A DNA stretch of 56,001 bases, from positions 1-56,001 of the IMG/VR virus record IMGVR_UViG_3300043413_000021. One strand, written 5' to 3'. The notes under the pieces were generated by a model that did no database searches, was not told where the DNA came from, and saw only the letters and a list, made by a program, of their open reading frames with translations. Source of the stretch: a virus. Its lineage: Duplodnaviria > Caudoviricetes. Below are positions 25,606 to 37,400 of the stretch, piece after piece. Within the stretch, counting starts at the first letter, position 1; each line of letters starts with the position of its first letter. The position numbers and the translations under genes are program-made.

Positions 25606-26271
25606 ATGAATGTTAATACGGTTTATTCATTGATAAACTACATAACAAACAAGGTTCAAAGTGGGTATATTAGCCCAGATGAATTTAATTTAATTATAAA
25701 CCAATCCCAATTTTCCTACTTATCTACATTTATACGCCAATTTCAACAATACCAACATGGTAGACCAATACCAAAATATCAATTTGGAAATAATGAAATT
25801 ACAAGGCAAAGCATAACCCCATTTATAACAAATATTACATTGACGATTGATGGTCAAGGCATCGTTGCGTACCCAAATGATTATATTGTAACAGATACCA
25901 TTTTGACTATTGGGGATGGGGTTGTAAAATATGTTCAACAAAACCAACTTTCTGCTTTTTTAAAAAGCAAAATAGATAAAATAGAAGATAATCCTATATA
26001 TGTTATAGAAAATAATAGGTTTAAGTTTTACCCAAATAATATTGGGAGTGTAAAATTAAGTTACATAAAAAAACCAAACGATATTATATGGGGCTATACT
26101 ATTAATGTAGATGGCATACCAGTTTATGATATAAATACAAGTGAAGATCCAGAATGGGATGATTTGGATATGCTAGAAATTATAAGTAGAGCATTAAGAA
26201 TGGTAGGGGTTAATCTTCAATCAAATGCCGTATCTCAATATGCTAATGAAATAACTAAAACAGGTCAATAA
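25606..26271 (+). CDS. Head-tail adaptor / tail ring protein
   Basis: About 220 aa with an N-terminal helix pair (NLIINQSQ) and LSYIKKP; located where crAss-like ring proteins lie. Confidence 0.6.
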   Translation: MNVNTVYSLINYITNKVQSGYISPDEFNLIINQSQFSYLSTFIRQFQQYQHGRPIPKYQFGNNEITRQSITPFITNITLTIDGQGIVAYPNDYIVTDTILTIGDGVVKYVQQNQLSAFLKSKIDKIEDNPIYVIENNRFKFYPNNIGSVKLSYIKKPNDIIWGYTINVDGIPVYDINTSEDPEWDDLDMLEIISRALRMVGVNLQSNAVSQYANEITKTGQ

Positions 26272-26903
26272 TGGCAACTATAACACGATATGAACTTTGC
26301 GAAAGAATACAAAGGGTTATCTATAATGGTTTGCCAAGTGATGATGCAACCATAACAATACCATTAATAAATATATGGATTAATGATGCAATAGGTTCAG
26401 TTGCAAAAGCTAACTATACTGAATCTATACAAATAGATGGGGTGGCTTATGTAAATAACTCTTTTTACATTACATTTAAAGATTTAGCAATTATAGAAGA
26501 TGATACGTTTATTTGGAAGTTTACACTACCTCAAATACCATTAGGGTTAGGTAAGAACGAAGGTATTAGTACGGTTCAGTTTAAAAAAGACGGTAAAATA
26601 TCATTTACAGCAGCCCCATTAAGTCAAAACCAATTAGGATACGTAAGCACACTTAGACAAGTACCAAATAAAATATTTTATTGGAATGAAGGTAACACCG
26701 TTTATATAAATAGTCCTTTGATTTTATCGCAATATAAAGCAGTGGTAAGAATGATAAGCGGTGGGATTGGAACTGATTTAGAAAGTACGGTAAATGTTCC
26801 AGACGATTATATAAAACCTATTATTGATTATGTTGTTAAATACCTTTTAACAGAAAGAAGTCAACCAATAGATGTAGTAAACGATGGAAACGATATAAAA
26901 TAA
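26271..26903 (+). CDS. Tail ring protein (putative)
   Basis: Similar size and layout (INIWINDA...VPDDYIKPIIDYV). Confidence 0.5.
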   Translation: MATITRYELCERIQRVIYNGLPSDDATITIPLINIWINDAIGSVAKANYTESIQIDGVAYVNNSFYITFKDLAIIEDDTFIWKFTLPQIPLGLGKNEGISTVQFKKDGKISFTAAPLSQNQLGYVSTLRQVPNKIFYWNEGNTVYINSPLILSQYKAVVRMISGGIGTDLESTVNVPDDYIKPIIDYVVKYLLTERSQPIDVVNDGNDIK

Positions 26904-26907
26904 AAAT

Positions 26908-27174
26908 ATGAAAGCAGTATTAAACCAAGTTATTTTAAAGCCATTCTTAAGCGATATCGTAAGTTTAGGGGGTATATTAGTTCCAGAAAGTTTTAAGGAA
27001 AGGAGCAGTAAGGCATTGGTTATTTCAGCGGGGAATGGAACAAAAAAAAGACCTATGTTATACAAAGAGGGTCAAACGGTTTATCATGTTAAGGGGCATG
27101 GAATGGAAATTGAAAAAGAAGGCGAAAAATATTTTATAATGGATATGGATGCAATCCTAGCCTACGAAGATTAA
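26908..27174 (+). CDS. groES: Co-chaperonin GroES (Cpn10)
   Basis: NQVILKP, SLGGILVPES mobile loop, VISAGNG, KEGQTV and EKYFIMDMDAILA. Confidence 0.9.
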   Translation: MKAVLNQVILKPFLSDIVSLGGILVPESFKERSSKALVISAGNGTKKRPMLYKEGQTVYHVKGHGMEIEKEGEKYFIMDMDAILAYED

Positions 27175-27187
27175 TAAATTTTATAAA

Positions 27188-27958
27188 ATGGCATATCAAT
27201 CACAACAATATATTACACTTGATTCAGTGGTAAATAATTACTTAGACCAATCTGAACAAGGGATTCATAAATATTATAAGATATGGCAATTAGCTTTTAG
27301 AGGGCTAGAACAATTGGGGCTTGATTTTTTTTATACAGTAAAATCTGTTAAGCTACCAGTTAATAATAATAAAACAGTTTCTCTACCTTCTGATTTTGTA
27401 AAATATACAAAAATAGGAGTGCTTAACAATAACGGAGAAATAGCCGAAATTAAATTTAATAATAATCTAACAACATTTGCCGATTTACTACCAGATAGAA
27501 ACGATAAAATAGAAGATAATTATCTATTTGGTAATTATAATTGGAAGTCCACTACATTCTATAATTATTGTGGTGTTATGGGTGGTGGAGTAGTTTATGG
27601 GATACCTAGCGGTGGTGCATATATAGGGTCTTTTAAAATAGACCCAGAAAATAATCTAGTTGTATTAAATGAAAGCTATGGGTATGATTATTTAATGGTT
27701 GAGTATATCGCAAGTCCAAAAGAAGGAGAAGAAATATTATTGCCAGTCCAGTTTAGAGAAGCGTTAATTTCTTACGTTTCATGGCAAGATATTGTTTTTA
27801 TGCCTAATTCAAGAAAGGGAGCTTTAGGGGATAAAGCACAAAGAAAAAATAACTTTTACAATGAAAGAAGATTGGCAAATGCTAGATATAAACCATTTTA
27901 TTTAAGTGAGGCGTATGAACAAAGTCTTCAAAATACTAGAATAACCGTAAAGGCTTAA
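27188..27958 (+). CDS. Tail ring protein (putative)
   Basis: LPSDFVKY...VEYIA...FREALISYV pattern of adaptor/ring proteins. Confidence 0.55.
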   Translation: MAYQSQQYITLDSVVNNYLDQSEQGIHKYYKIWQLAFRGLEQLGLDFFYTVKSVKLPVNNNKTVSLPSDFVKYTKIGVLNNNGEIAEIKFNNNLTTFADLLPDRNDKIEDNYLFGNYNWKSTTFYNYCGVMGGGVVYGIPSGGAYIGSFKIDPENNLVVLNESYGYDYLMVEYIASPKEGEEILLPVQFREALISYVSWQDIVFMPNSRKGALGDKAQRKNNFYNERRLANARYKPFYLSEAYEQSLQNTRITVKA

Positions 27959-27996
27959 TTTATTAACAAAAAGGTAAAAAATAACTTTCTAAAGAA

Positions 27997-30900
27997 ATGC
28001 CTAATATAAATAGAAATTTTACTGGTGGATTAAACTTAGACGACCATGAATATAGGGTATTGGAGGGTGCGTATATTGATGCTCTTAATATAACAAGAGA
28101 TTCGCAAGGAGAAGCTAAGGATGGGGTAGTATCAAATATACTAGGCAATTATTTGGTAAATAATGCACTACAGGGCGGTGAAAATAAAATAATAGGTGCG
28201 TATGGGGATAAATTAAACAATAGGGTTTATTTTTTTAATTGGAATAGTAACGGGTATAATGGTATTTACTATTATAGTATAAATGAAAATACAGTAACAA
28301 AAATTTTACTAAGCAAAGTAGATAGTGGAGGTATTGATATTTTAAAATTCAACCCATCATATAAAATATATGGAGTAAATGTTATCAATAGGGATATTTC
28401 AGAAGGGGATTTATTGTATTTTAATGATAATATAAATGAACCAAGAGTAATAAATATATCAGACGAATATAATGTTTGGTTGGAGGAATATATAAAGGTA
28501 ATAAAAGCACCTCCGCAAATGCCAGCTAAAGTAACTTATGAAAATAACGATGCTAATAGTGGTGTATCAATAAATGTATTAAGTGGAGTAAAAACAATAG
28601 ACCAAAACCTTTTCACTGGTGGAGGACAAACAGATTATATTACCATTGATTCAATCACATCTTCGGTTTTTACTCTAGGTAGTGGCGGGTCAGAACTTAT
28701 ATATAATGGGTTAAATGCAAATATTAATTTTAATTTTACATTTGGGCTATTCTTTAATATAGATGTTGGTGGTGCGGTAATAGAAATATTAAAAAATGGT
28801 GTAGAAATTATAGGCACAAGTCAAAATGTTAGTGGGTTTGGTGGTATATCATACTCAAAAAGCTTTACAGAGGGTGTAATAAGTGGTGATATTATAAAAA
28901 TAAGAGTATCATTGGATAGCCCTATATCTTATCCTACTGAATTTTTTATATGTGATGGCGGTTCTATAAATGGGTCAACGGTAACCATCCCACAAGAAAT
29001 TACAGTAAATAACCTTAGAAATAGCCTATTCCAATTTAGGTATAGGTTTGTGTTTTCTAATTTTGAAAAATCGGTATGGAGTTCCGCTAGTATAGTCCCA
29101 TTACCAAATCAAGATACATTATTTTTAACCCAAGATGAATTAACAAAAAACGCAAGAATATCTGTTTCTATGAGTACGGGTGGGCTTGACGTAATAAAAA
29201 TAGAACTTGCTGGTAGAAGAACTAAAAATGGCATTACTAGCGATTGGTTTCTAATAAAAGTGTTTGATAAAAAAGATTTAGTTATTGATAATAACGACAT
29301 TTTAACATACAAATTTTATAATGATGGGGTGTACTCTACCGTTGATGTGTTGGAGGCGGCTCTTTTATTTGATAACGTTCCAAAAATAGCAAGGGCGCAA
29401 GAATTAATTAATGGTAATACATTGATTTATGGAGGCATAAAAGAGGGGTATGATTTAATTAAACCCGATACCGATGTTTTAATTAATCAAAATCAAGATG
29501 GGTTCTTTATAGATTATTGCGGGCTTCTTTTTTTCGCACAAATAAATGGCATAGATAGCGGCTCTATTGGGGCTAAAATGAAAATTTATATTTATGGAAC
29601 TGGGGAAAATGTAGGTGGAGAGGTTAGCCAATTAAATAATTCAAGTGGTACATTTATTATTAATGCGGTAAACAACTTAGGGGATTCGGTTGGCATATCT
29701 GTTTCAAATAATACTCCAAGCAAATCTACTAATGCATTGCTAGGAGATATTTCAACAGCACTACAAGCTAATGGGTGGGTTCAAAATAATTTAATTAATA
29801 ACGTTCTAACTGTAACTTATCCATCACCAGTACGAATATTGTCTAGTGGGGTTTCATTTTTAGAATCAATTGGGATACCAGAAAATACAAAATACGCAAA
29901 TGCGTTCGATGCGGGATATGAATATGCTTTGCAATATTTCGATAAAGAAGGGAGGACAAATGGGGCATCAATAAGCGCAGTACCTACATTCCTAACACCA
30001 TCTAAAGGGGCATCTGATTTTTGCCAACCTAGATTAATAATAAATAATAGACCACCTTTGTGGGCATCCTATTATCAAGTATTACGTTCAAACAATACTA
30101 CTTACGGTAAAAGACTTTCATGGGTTAGTCAATCAGCATATTCCGATAAGGTAAATAATATTTTAGGAGAAAAATATGCCTATATAGGGGTAGGCAATAT
30201 AAATGATTATAATAAGGAACTAACAAGTACAGAAACAGTAATTTCTTATTCATATCAGCAAGGGGATAGGGTAAGGTTTATTAGTAGATTTTCAGCTAAT
30301 GGCAACAAGATTCCTATAACAATAGTAGACTATGAAATATTAGGGGTAGCAAATAATATTGTTGTTGACGGGAAATTAAGAGAGGGTAGCTTTATCAAAA
30401 TATATTATCCAACAAATGATATAAATTCAGGGTTCTTATTTGATGGCACAGCTAATTTTCAAAATTATGAAATATTTTTATATAGCTATATTCCTAACCA
30501 ACTATCAACACAAAGACCATTTTTTGAGTTTGGAAAATGTTTTGGTATAGGAAATGCGGGGAGTTCAAATGCTTATCATATAGGGCTTAATCAAACCCAA
30601 AAAGAAGATTTATCATTACCCGCACTTATTGATATTGTAAATGGTGATTTGTTTTATAGAAAAAGAAAAGTACCAGTTGGGCAGTTGTATAATATTGAAT
30701 CTCAAACATACCTTCAAACAGTAGATTATTCTACCGTATCAATAGTGCTTAGTCAGCCAATTTCAATACCGCTAGTATATGAACTAAATTCAAATAGCCC
30801 GCAGCAAGCAAATTTGGATTTATCTTCTTATCCGTTTAATAATAGCGCAAACCCAACATATAAAAATAATTCAAATACAAGCCAATTAATAAGGGTAAGA

Positions 30901-32379
30901 GGGTCATTGAATACGGCTATAAAAGATACTAATGGCGGAAGTATTACCTTATATGGTAAGGTTTGTTTAACATCTGGCAATCCTGAAATTTCTAATATAA
31001 TTCCATATAGCGGCTCTTTGGTAGTAGGAAATTCATATAATTACTTATTTGATAAAATAATATCAATCCCTTCTGGGGCATCATTTTGGTTCGTTGTATT
31101 TGCCTATCAAGCCCAATACGTTTCAATATCTGAATTAAGTATTCAATATGTTGCTAATAGAGAAATAGAATTGATGGAATCAAGTTTTAGCGATGTAAAT
31201 TTAATAGTAACAAATAGTAATGGTAGGGTATCGGTTGTAGATGAAAATGCAAAAGAAACATATTTCCCAACACTTGTAAGGTTTAGCCAATCGTACCAAG
31301 CAGACACAAATATAAATGGCACGAATAGATTTTTTGCAGAAAATTTCGATACGTATGATAGGGGGTTTGGGGATATAATGAGGTTTCATATAAGAGATAG
31401 ATATCTTAAAGTGTACCAAAAATTAAAAGTAGGCAATGTGCCTGTATTAACGCAAATAGTTAAAGATGTTGCGGGTAACCCATTACAAGCAAATACAGAC
31501 CAACTTATAAATAAAATCCAATATTATTCGGGGGATTATGGAATAGGGGATAGCCCTTGTAGTTTGGCATGGGATAATTTTTCAGATTATTTTGTAGATG
31601 ATTTTAGAGGAGTAGCTTGTAGATTAAGCCAAGATGGGATAACGCCAATAAGTATTATTTATAAAGCAAATTCCTTTTTTGTAGATAATTTAAAAGCTTA
31701 TAGGGAATCTTTGAATAATGGGATAGCACAAGTTGGTAGTGTATATATGGGTAATCCAACGGTGTATGGGGCTTTTGATTCATTCAATAATAAATATATT
31801 GTTTCATTAGAGGAAATAAATAGATATTCAAACCCCAATACGCTTATATTTCACCAAGACCCATACACAATAGTTTTTGATGAAAAAACAAATCAATGGG
31901 AAAGTTTCCACTCCTACCACCCAGAGTTCACTTGTTCAGTAAATACATTATTTGTTTCTTTTAAAAATGGGCAATTATGGGTGCATAATAGCAATGTTTA
32001 CTGTAATTTTTATGGAGTTCAGTATGAATCGTACATAACTTGCGTTTTCAATAATTTTTCAATATCTAAAAAGACGTTTATTAGTATTACTGAATATGCA
32101 AATACTATATGGGATTGTCCAATAATAACATCGCAAATGAATAGTTATGGCTCAATAAAACAAGAAAGTTCATTAAGTAGTGGTAATTTTAGAGAATTAG
32201 AGAGTAATTATCATAGTAATTTTATGAGGGATATAAATTCAATAGGAGGGATTATAAATGGCAGTCAATTAAAAGGTAATTATTTAAAAGTAAAACTTAG
32301 AAAAAATAACGCCAATCAATATTATTTTATAAATTTGGTATCGGTAAACTTTATCGAAAGTCCATTAAATAAACAGTAG
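27997..32379 (+). CDS. Tail stabilisation / muzzle-like protein
   Basis: 1460 aa, N-terminal FTGGLNLDD...YIDALNI, beta-propeller-like repeats, C-terminal LKGNYLKV; typical position in crAss-like podoviruses. Confidence 0.7.
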   Translation: MPNINRNFTGGLNLDDHEYRVLEGAYIDALNITRDSQGEAKDGVVSNILGNYLVNNALQGGENKIIGAYGDKLNNRVYFFNWNSNGYNGIYYYSINENTVTKILLSKVDSGGIDILKFNPSYKIYGVNVINRDISEGDLLYFNDNINEPRVINISDEYNVWLEEYIKVIKAPPQMPAKVTYENNDANSGVSINVLSGVKTIDQNLFTGGGQTDYITIDSITSSVFTLGSGGSELIYNGLNANINFNFTFGLFFNIDVGGAVIEILKNGVEIIGTSQNVSGFGGISYSKSFTEGVISGDIIKIRVSLDSPISYPTEFFICDGGSINGSTVTIPQEITVNNLRNSLFQFRYRFVFSNFEKSVWSSASIVPLPNQDTLFLTQDELTKNARISVSMSTGGLDVIKIELAGRRTKNGITSDWFLIKVFDKKDLVIDNNDILTYKFYNDGVYSTVDVLEAALLFDNVPKIARAQELINGNTLIYGGIKEGYDLIKPDTDVLINQNQDGFFIDYCGLLFFAQINGIDSGSIGAKMKIYIYGTGENVGGEVSQLNNSSGTFIINAVNNLGDSVGISVSNNTPSKSTNALLGDISTALQANGWVQNNLINNVLTVTYPSPVRILSSGVSFLESIGIPENTKYANAFDAGYEYALQYFDKEGRTNGASISAVPTFLTPSKGASDFCQPRLIINNRPPLWASYYQVLRSNNTTYGKRLSWVSQSAYSDKVNNILGEKYAYIGVGNINDYNKELTSTETVISYSYQQGDRVRFISRFSANGNKIPITIVDYEILGVANNIVVDGKLREGSFIKIYYPTNDINSGFLFDGTANFQNYEIFLYSYIPNQLSTQRPFFEFGKCFGIGNAGSSNAYHIGLNQTQKEDLSLPALIDIVNGDLFYRKRKVPVGQLYNIESQTYLQTVDYSTVSIVLSQPISIPLVYELNSNSPQQANLDLSSYPFNNSANPTYKNNSNTSQLIRVRGSLNTAIKDTNGGSITLYGKVCLTSGNPEISNIIPYSGSLVVGNSYNYLFDKIISIPSGASFWFVVFAYQAQYVSISELSIQYVANREIELMESSFSDVNLIVTNSNGRVSVVDENAKETYFPTLVRFSQSYQADTNINGTNRFFAENFDTYDRGFGDIMRFHIRDRYLKVYQKLKVGNVPVLTQIVKDVAGNPLQANTDQLINKIQYYSGDYGIGDSPCSLAWDNFSDYFVDDFRGVACRLSQDGITPISIIYKANSFFVDNLKAYRESLNNGIAQVGSVYMGNPTVYGAFDSFNNKYIVSLEEINRYSNPNTLIFHQDPYTIVFDEKTNQWESFHSYHPEFTCSVNTLFVSFKNGQLWVHNSNVYCNFYGVQYESYITCVFNNFSISKKTFISITEYANTIWDCPIITSQMNSYGSIKQESSLSSGNFRELESNYHSNFMRDINSIGGIINGSQLKGNYLKVKLRKNNANQYYFINLVSVNFIESPLNKQ

Positions 32380-32382
32380 AAT

Positions 32383-33144
32383 ATGGCAGCCTCATTACTT
32401 TTAGCAGCAGCACCCGCAATAGCGCAATCAACAGCGGGATTATTTCAAACAATATTTAGTGGTAGAAAAAAAGCGCAAAGAGAACTAGAAAATAGTTTAA
32501 ATAGTAACCCTATTTACAATCCCAATAAGGGCGTTTTAGATTTTTACCAAGAAGCATTAAATAGGGCAAATCAATCCACATATCAAACAGCTCAATTTCA
32601 AAATGCACAAAAAAATGCACAAAGAACAACAGCGACAGGTATTTCAGGGCTTCAAGATAGAAGAAGTGCATTAGCGGGAATAAGTAGATTAACAGGTATA
32701 GAAAACGATGCCATGAATAACGCAATAGTTCAAGCAGAACAACTAAATAACCAAAGATTTAGAGAATTAGGAACAGCTACAGGCATGAAAGCATCGGAAG
32801 AAGGGAAGGCTTTTGAGATAAATAGACTAACCCCTTATCAAAGAAGGTTGCAAATGAATATGATGAAGTCATCGGCTGCAAATGAAAGGTTTAATGCAGG
32901 GTTGAGTAATTTATTTAGTGGTGGTGCTAATGCAGCAAGTATATTCGGTAGCGGTGTAGGTAAAAATAATGTAGGAGACGGAGTAACGCCAAATACAGTA
33001 GGTGGTAATAGAGTTGCCGAAAGTACTATAATAAATCCATTAAGTTCTTACGGTCAAGTTGTAGATAGACCTTTACCAACAAGAAATGCTTTTAGCGAAG
33101 ATGAATTTAACTTAGATAATTTTATACCAAGAAAGAAAATATAA
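32383..33144 (+). CDS. Internal virion (ejection) protein, putative
   Basis: Ala/Gly-rich hydrophobic N-terminus followed by Q/A-rich helices; follows the tail genes. Confidence 0.55.
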   Translation: MAASLLLAAAPAIAQSTAGLFQTIFSGRKKAQRELENSLNSNPIYNPNKGVLDFYQEALNRANQSTYQTAQFQNAQKNAQRTTATGISGLQDRRSALAGISRLTGIENDAMNNAIVQAEQLNNQRFRELGTATGMKASEEGKAFEINRLTPYQRRLQMNMMKSSAANERFNAGLSNLFSGGANAASIFGSGVGKNNVGDGVTPNTVGGNRVAESTIINPLSSYGQVVDRPLPTRNAFSEDEFNLDNFIPRKKI

Positions 33145-33147
33145 AAG

Positions 33148-34452
33148 ATGCCCAATAGAATTATACAATTTCAAAATAACCCATATTCAGGTGGGGCTGT
33201 TATTTTTGATTCTTCGCCATATACTAATTACTTTATCCAAGAACAAAAAAGAGAATTAGCAAAAGATGAAGCACTAGATAGGTATTTCATGGAATGGGAT
33301 AAGTCAATTAACCCAGCGGGCATGAGGCAGCAAGATACGCAAGACCTTATCAACCAAATGAGTGAAAACAAAAAATTTTACTTTGAAAGAAAAAAAGAAA
33401 TAAAAAACCCATCATTAGATAATGGAATAGCATATAATGAATGGTATTCAAGAAATAAGCAAGCCGAAAGTTTAATAAATAGGTCAAAAGAGTTAGCAGA
33501 AAAAGAATCATTAATAAATAGGGCGGTGATTCAAGCAAAACAAAAAGGGCTACCTATTACAGATAAAGTATTGCAAGATTTAACATATTTAAGAAAACCT
33601 TTAAATAGTACGGATTGGAAAGATTTTGATATTGAAAATTTAGATTTTGAAGCTAAACCTTTTGACCAAATAAAATTTACGAAAGATATTTTTGGGGATG
33701 TTAAATTTTCGGAAAAAATTAAAACTGAAAAGAAAGTACCTGAAAATGGAACTATATTAAGAACTTATGAAACATATATGCCCGATGAGGCAATGCCAAT
33801 GATTGCATCTAGGGCTAGTGCAGCTTATAAAAATAGCCCATCTGTAAAGGAATTTGTAGATTATTCAGTAAGGCAAAATTTCCCACAACTAAATAGGATT
33901 TTTTCATCTAAATTCAATAGAAATATAGAAAGTGGGGAAGATGCCGCCACAGCAATAGCATTAAGTTTTAGCCCAATAGGTAGTACTAGAGATAAGGTAG
34001 AAAATGATAGGTCGGTAAGTTTCAATAGAGGAGGAGCAGGTAAAAGTAATTCAGTAACGGATTGGGTTATAAGGTTTAAGGATAAAACGGAAAATGGTAG
34101 TGTAGAAGATATGGTAAATATAGGTAGGGAACTACTTTCGTTTAAAGGGGGTGATAAGCAATTTGTAAATTTAGAGGTAAATAGAAAAAATAAAGGGGTA
34201 ACTGTTTGGTATAAACCAAAATTAAGTAGTGGTAGATTTTCAGATGAAACAATAACTCAATATTTTAATCCCACAGACCCAAATTTTTATTTTAAATTAG
34301 CAAGACTATTTCAGGAATCTTCTGGTTCAAATGCATCCCTTAAAGCTAATATATTAAAAGGTAAAGCAGATTATACCAATGAACCAAAAGGAAATGAAAA
34401 AATAGGTAATAAGGGAATCAATTTAAAAAACATACCAAAAGGGGGATTTTAA
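33148..34452 (+). CDS. Internal virion (cargo) protein, putative
   Basis: Position and helical composition. Confidence 0.5.
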   Translation: MPNRIIQFQNNPYSGGAVIFDSSPYTNYFIQEQKRELAKDEALDRYFMEWDKSINPAGMRQQDTQDLINQMSENKKFYFERKKEIKNPSLDNGIAYNEWYSRNKQAESLINRSKELAEKESLINRAVIQAKQKGLPITDKVLQDLTYLRKPLNSTDWKDFDIENLDFEAKPFDQIKFTKDIFGDVKFSEKIKTEKKVPENGTILRTYETYMPDEAMPMIASRASAAYKNSPSVKEFVDYSVRQNFPQLNRIFSSKFNRNIESGEDAATAIALSFSPIGSTRDKVENDRSVSFNRGGAGKSNSVTDWVIRFKDKTENGSVEDMVNIGRELLSFKGGDKQFVNLEVNRKNKGVTVWYKPKLSSGRFSDETITQYFNPTDPNFYFKLARLFQESSGSNASLKANILKGKADYTNEPKGNEKIGNKGINLKNIPKGGF

Positions 34453-34455
34453 AAT

Positions 34456-37400
34456 ATGCCACAAAACGATATATACAACTTTTTAAAAGAAAATAACCTT
34501 ACTCAAAAAGACGAAAAAAGTTTTTTAGAAGAGTATTCTAACCCCGAAAAAGCAAAAGAGCTTTTTGGATTTTTTCAGTCTAATGAGTTAACAAAAAAAG
34601 ATTTTAATTCATTCTACGATACTTACTTAAAAAAAAAAGAACCTTCCATATCTTCAAGTGGGAAATTACCATTACTACAAGAAACTAACCCACTACAACA
34701 AGGAGATTATATCACTAGCGGTAAAATTATTACAGATGCTAGTAAAAGTATTACTAATGCTAGTAAAAGTGTTCAGCCAAAACAAAAAAGCAATCAATTC
34801 CTAGAAATAGGAGAAACAGTTACCCCAAAAACACCAGTAAATAAAGCAGGGTTTCCAATAGGTATTAAACCAAAAAGGGATGATACCGAAAATGAAGAAC
34901 GAGGATGGATATTAAATACTATTTCAGCATTAGATAAAGGGTTTTATAAAAATTTTGTAGGCAGTCCAATAAAAGGATTAGGAACTTTATTGCAACAAGG
35001 AACTAAAAAAATAATTGGTGGTACTGGCGAAGGTTTTATTAGTGATGCATTAATTAAATTTGGGGATTCTTTTAATAATGCTATTGATGAATTAACACCA
35101 CAAGATGAAAGGTTTAAAAATAGTTTATCTGACCAATTTGCACAAGCGTTCGGTCAAGTAGGTTCAATGGTAGTTACTTCGGGTATTGGTGGTGCTGCAT
35201 CAAAAGGTGCGTCAGCAGCAAGTCAATTAGCCCCTAAAGCATTTGGCACAACTACTGCATTAAAAGAGATAGGATCTAATTTATTAAATCCTTCTGCTGT
35301 TAGTGCAGGGTTAGTTATGGGTCAATCGGAATTTGATAAGGCTAAAAAAATCGGCGCAACAGACGACCAAGCCTTTGAAGCATTTTATAAAAATGCAGTA
35401 GTAGGTTCTGTTCTTGAAAAAATACCAGTAATGCAGTTTATGAAACGGTTTAATAAGTATACTGGCGGCGGTGTTGTTAATTATATTAAAACAAAAGGAG
35501 TTGAAGGTATAAAAGGTGGACTTGAAGAAATGACTACCGAAGTATTACAACAACTTTATGCAAATAAAACAGCAAAAGATATTTACAATGTTAATCAAAG
35601 TTTATATGAAGGATTAACAGAAAACGGTGGAATAGGTTTTGGAGTAGGTTTTTTGCTTAATGCTATGGGGGCTAAAGCTAAATTATTAAAACAAGAAGGT
35701 AAAAATTCAGAAGCTAAATTAATAGAAAACCAAACAAAAGAATTTGAACAAAAAGCAGAAGCAAAACCATCATCTACTAATAATACAGTATCTACTAAAA
35801 TAGCCGTATTAGGGAAAAAATCAGGAGGAGAAGCGTCTTTATCTAGCTTGCAAAAAGATTTTCAAAATGGAATAATTGACGAAAATCAATATAATGAAGG
35901 GGTTAAGTTTATAGAAAAAGCAACTTTGATAAATGATACAATTCCACAAGATTTAACAGGTGAAAACAGGGCAATAGCTATTGAATTAATAGATGAAAGA
36001 CAACGATTAGAAGAAGAATTAACTATAAGAGAAGAGCAAAAAAAGCAAATTGATGTAGCATTTCATAAACCATTGGATGAAGCTAACAAAGAGTTGGCTA
36101 AAAGAATTAAGGAAATAAATTTTGAGTTGGGTAAATTGGCAGATGGAGAAAGCACCACTGCATCCACCAACCCTGCATTAAGTGATGTGGAGAGTAAAAA
36201 GCAGAAGCAGTTAGAAATAATAAATAAAGAAAAGCCAGCGCCTAATGATTACAGCACATGGATTAGAAATATAGATGATATAAAAACTGCGGATGAGGCA
36301 TTTGCTAATGCTAAAGAAGATGGGGCTATGTACCCTGACTTTAGCGAAAAAGATATGCAAAATGCCTTAGATAGCGGGGAAGTTACTGTTTATTCAAGTT
36401 ATCCAATCAAAAACGGGGTGTTTGTTTCTCCGTCTAAAATGAACGCACAAGAGTACGCAGGAGGGAAAGGCGGTAAATTATACTCTCAAAAAGTAAAAGT
36501 TGAAGATATCGCATGGATTGATGAAGGCGAAGGGCAATATGCAAAAGTATCAGCTGGAACAACAACAGATGCAACCCCTACAACAGCAGTTAGTAAACCG
36601 ACCATTTCCAAAACAGAAACAGTTGAAGCACCTACCAGCCCTGCATTAAGTGATGTAGAGAGAACCGAAAACAACTTTGCAAACGAAAACGAATCGTATA
36701 GGATAATAGTTGGAGATGATGCCTTTAATGATATTGTTGAAAGTGGAGTGGTAAGAACTAATGCAGATACTAAAGCCAAAAAAGAAGGTGGTATTGACTT
36801 GGGGAATAGACCAACTGCTTACCCTTCATTTAGTAAGGGTAAAGCATCAATGAGTTATGCAAAAGAAAACGCTAATCACTATATAATAGTAACAGAAGAT
36901 GCCTCTATCCAACCGTCAAAATCAGGAAGACATGGAAAGGGTACTACAATGTTCCCAACAGATGAAAATGGCAATCATTTAAAAGAATTAAGTGGAGAAA
37001 AAGTAAAAGTTTACAAACATTTAGGCAATGGTAAGTATGAGTTGGTTTATGAGAATGGCAAATTGGTAGGTAAGCCCGAAAGCAAACCCACCAACCCTGC
37101 ATTAAGTGATGTGGAAATAAAAATACCTGAGGATGGGGGTGGAAATTGGAGGCAAAAATTCAATGAAGAAAAAGACCCGTTTGTAAAGTCGCAGATATTA
37201 AGAGCCATTGCTGAAACAAATACATCCGATAAGGCGTTTTCTGATATTTTGGATGCGGTAGAGGGTATGCCAGAAGAAAGCCAAATAGCATGGGCTATTG
37301 CTAACAACCCTAATTCGTCAAAAAAAGTATTTGAACGGGCAGTATCAAACAAAGAATTACTAAATAACACCACCGAAGAAAACATTAATTCATTAAGAGA

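Noticed and set aside
33610-33650. DFDIE in the 434-aa cargo protein as a crAss virion RNA polymerase DFDID motif
   Set aside because: The third Asp is missing, and the protein is far too small and lacks the surrounding context.
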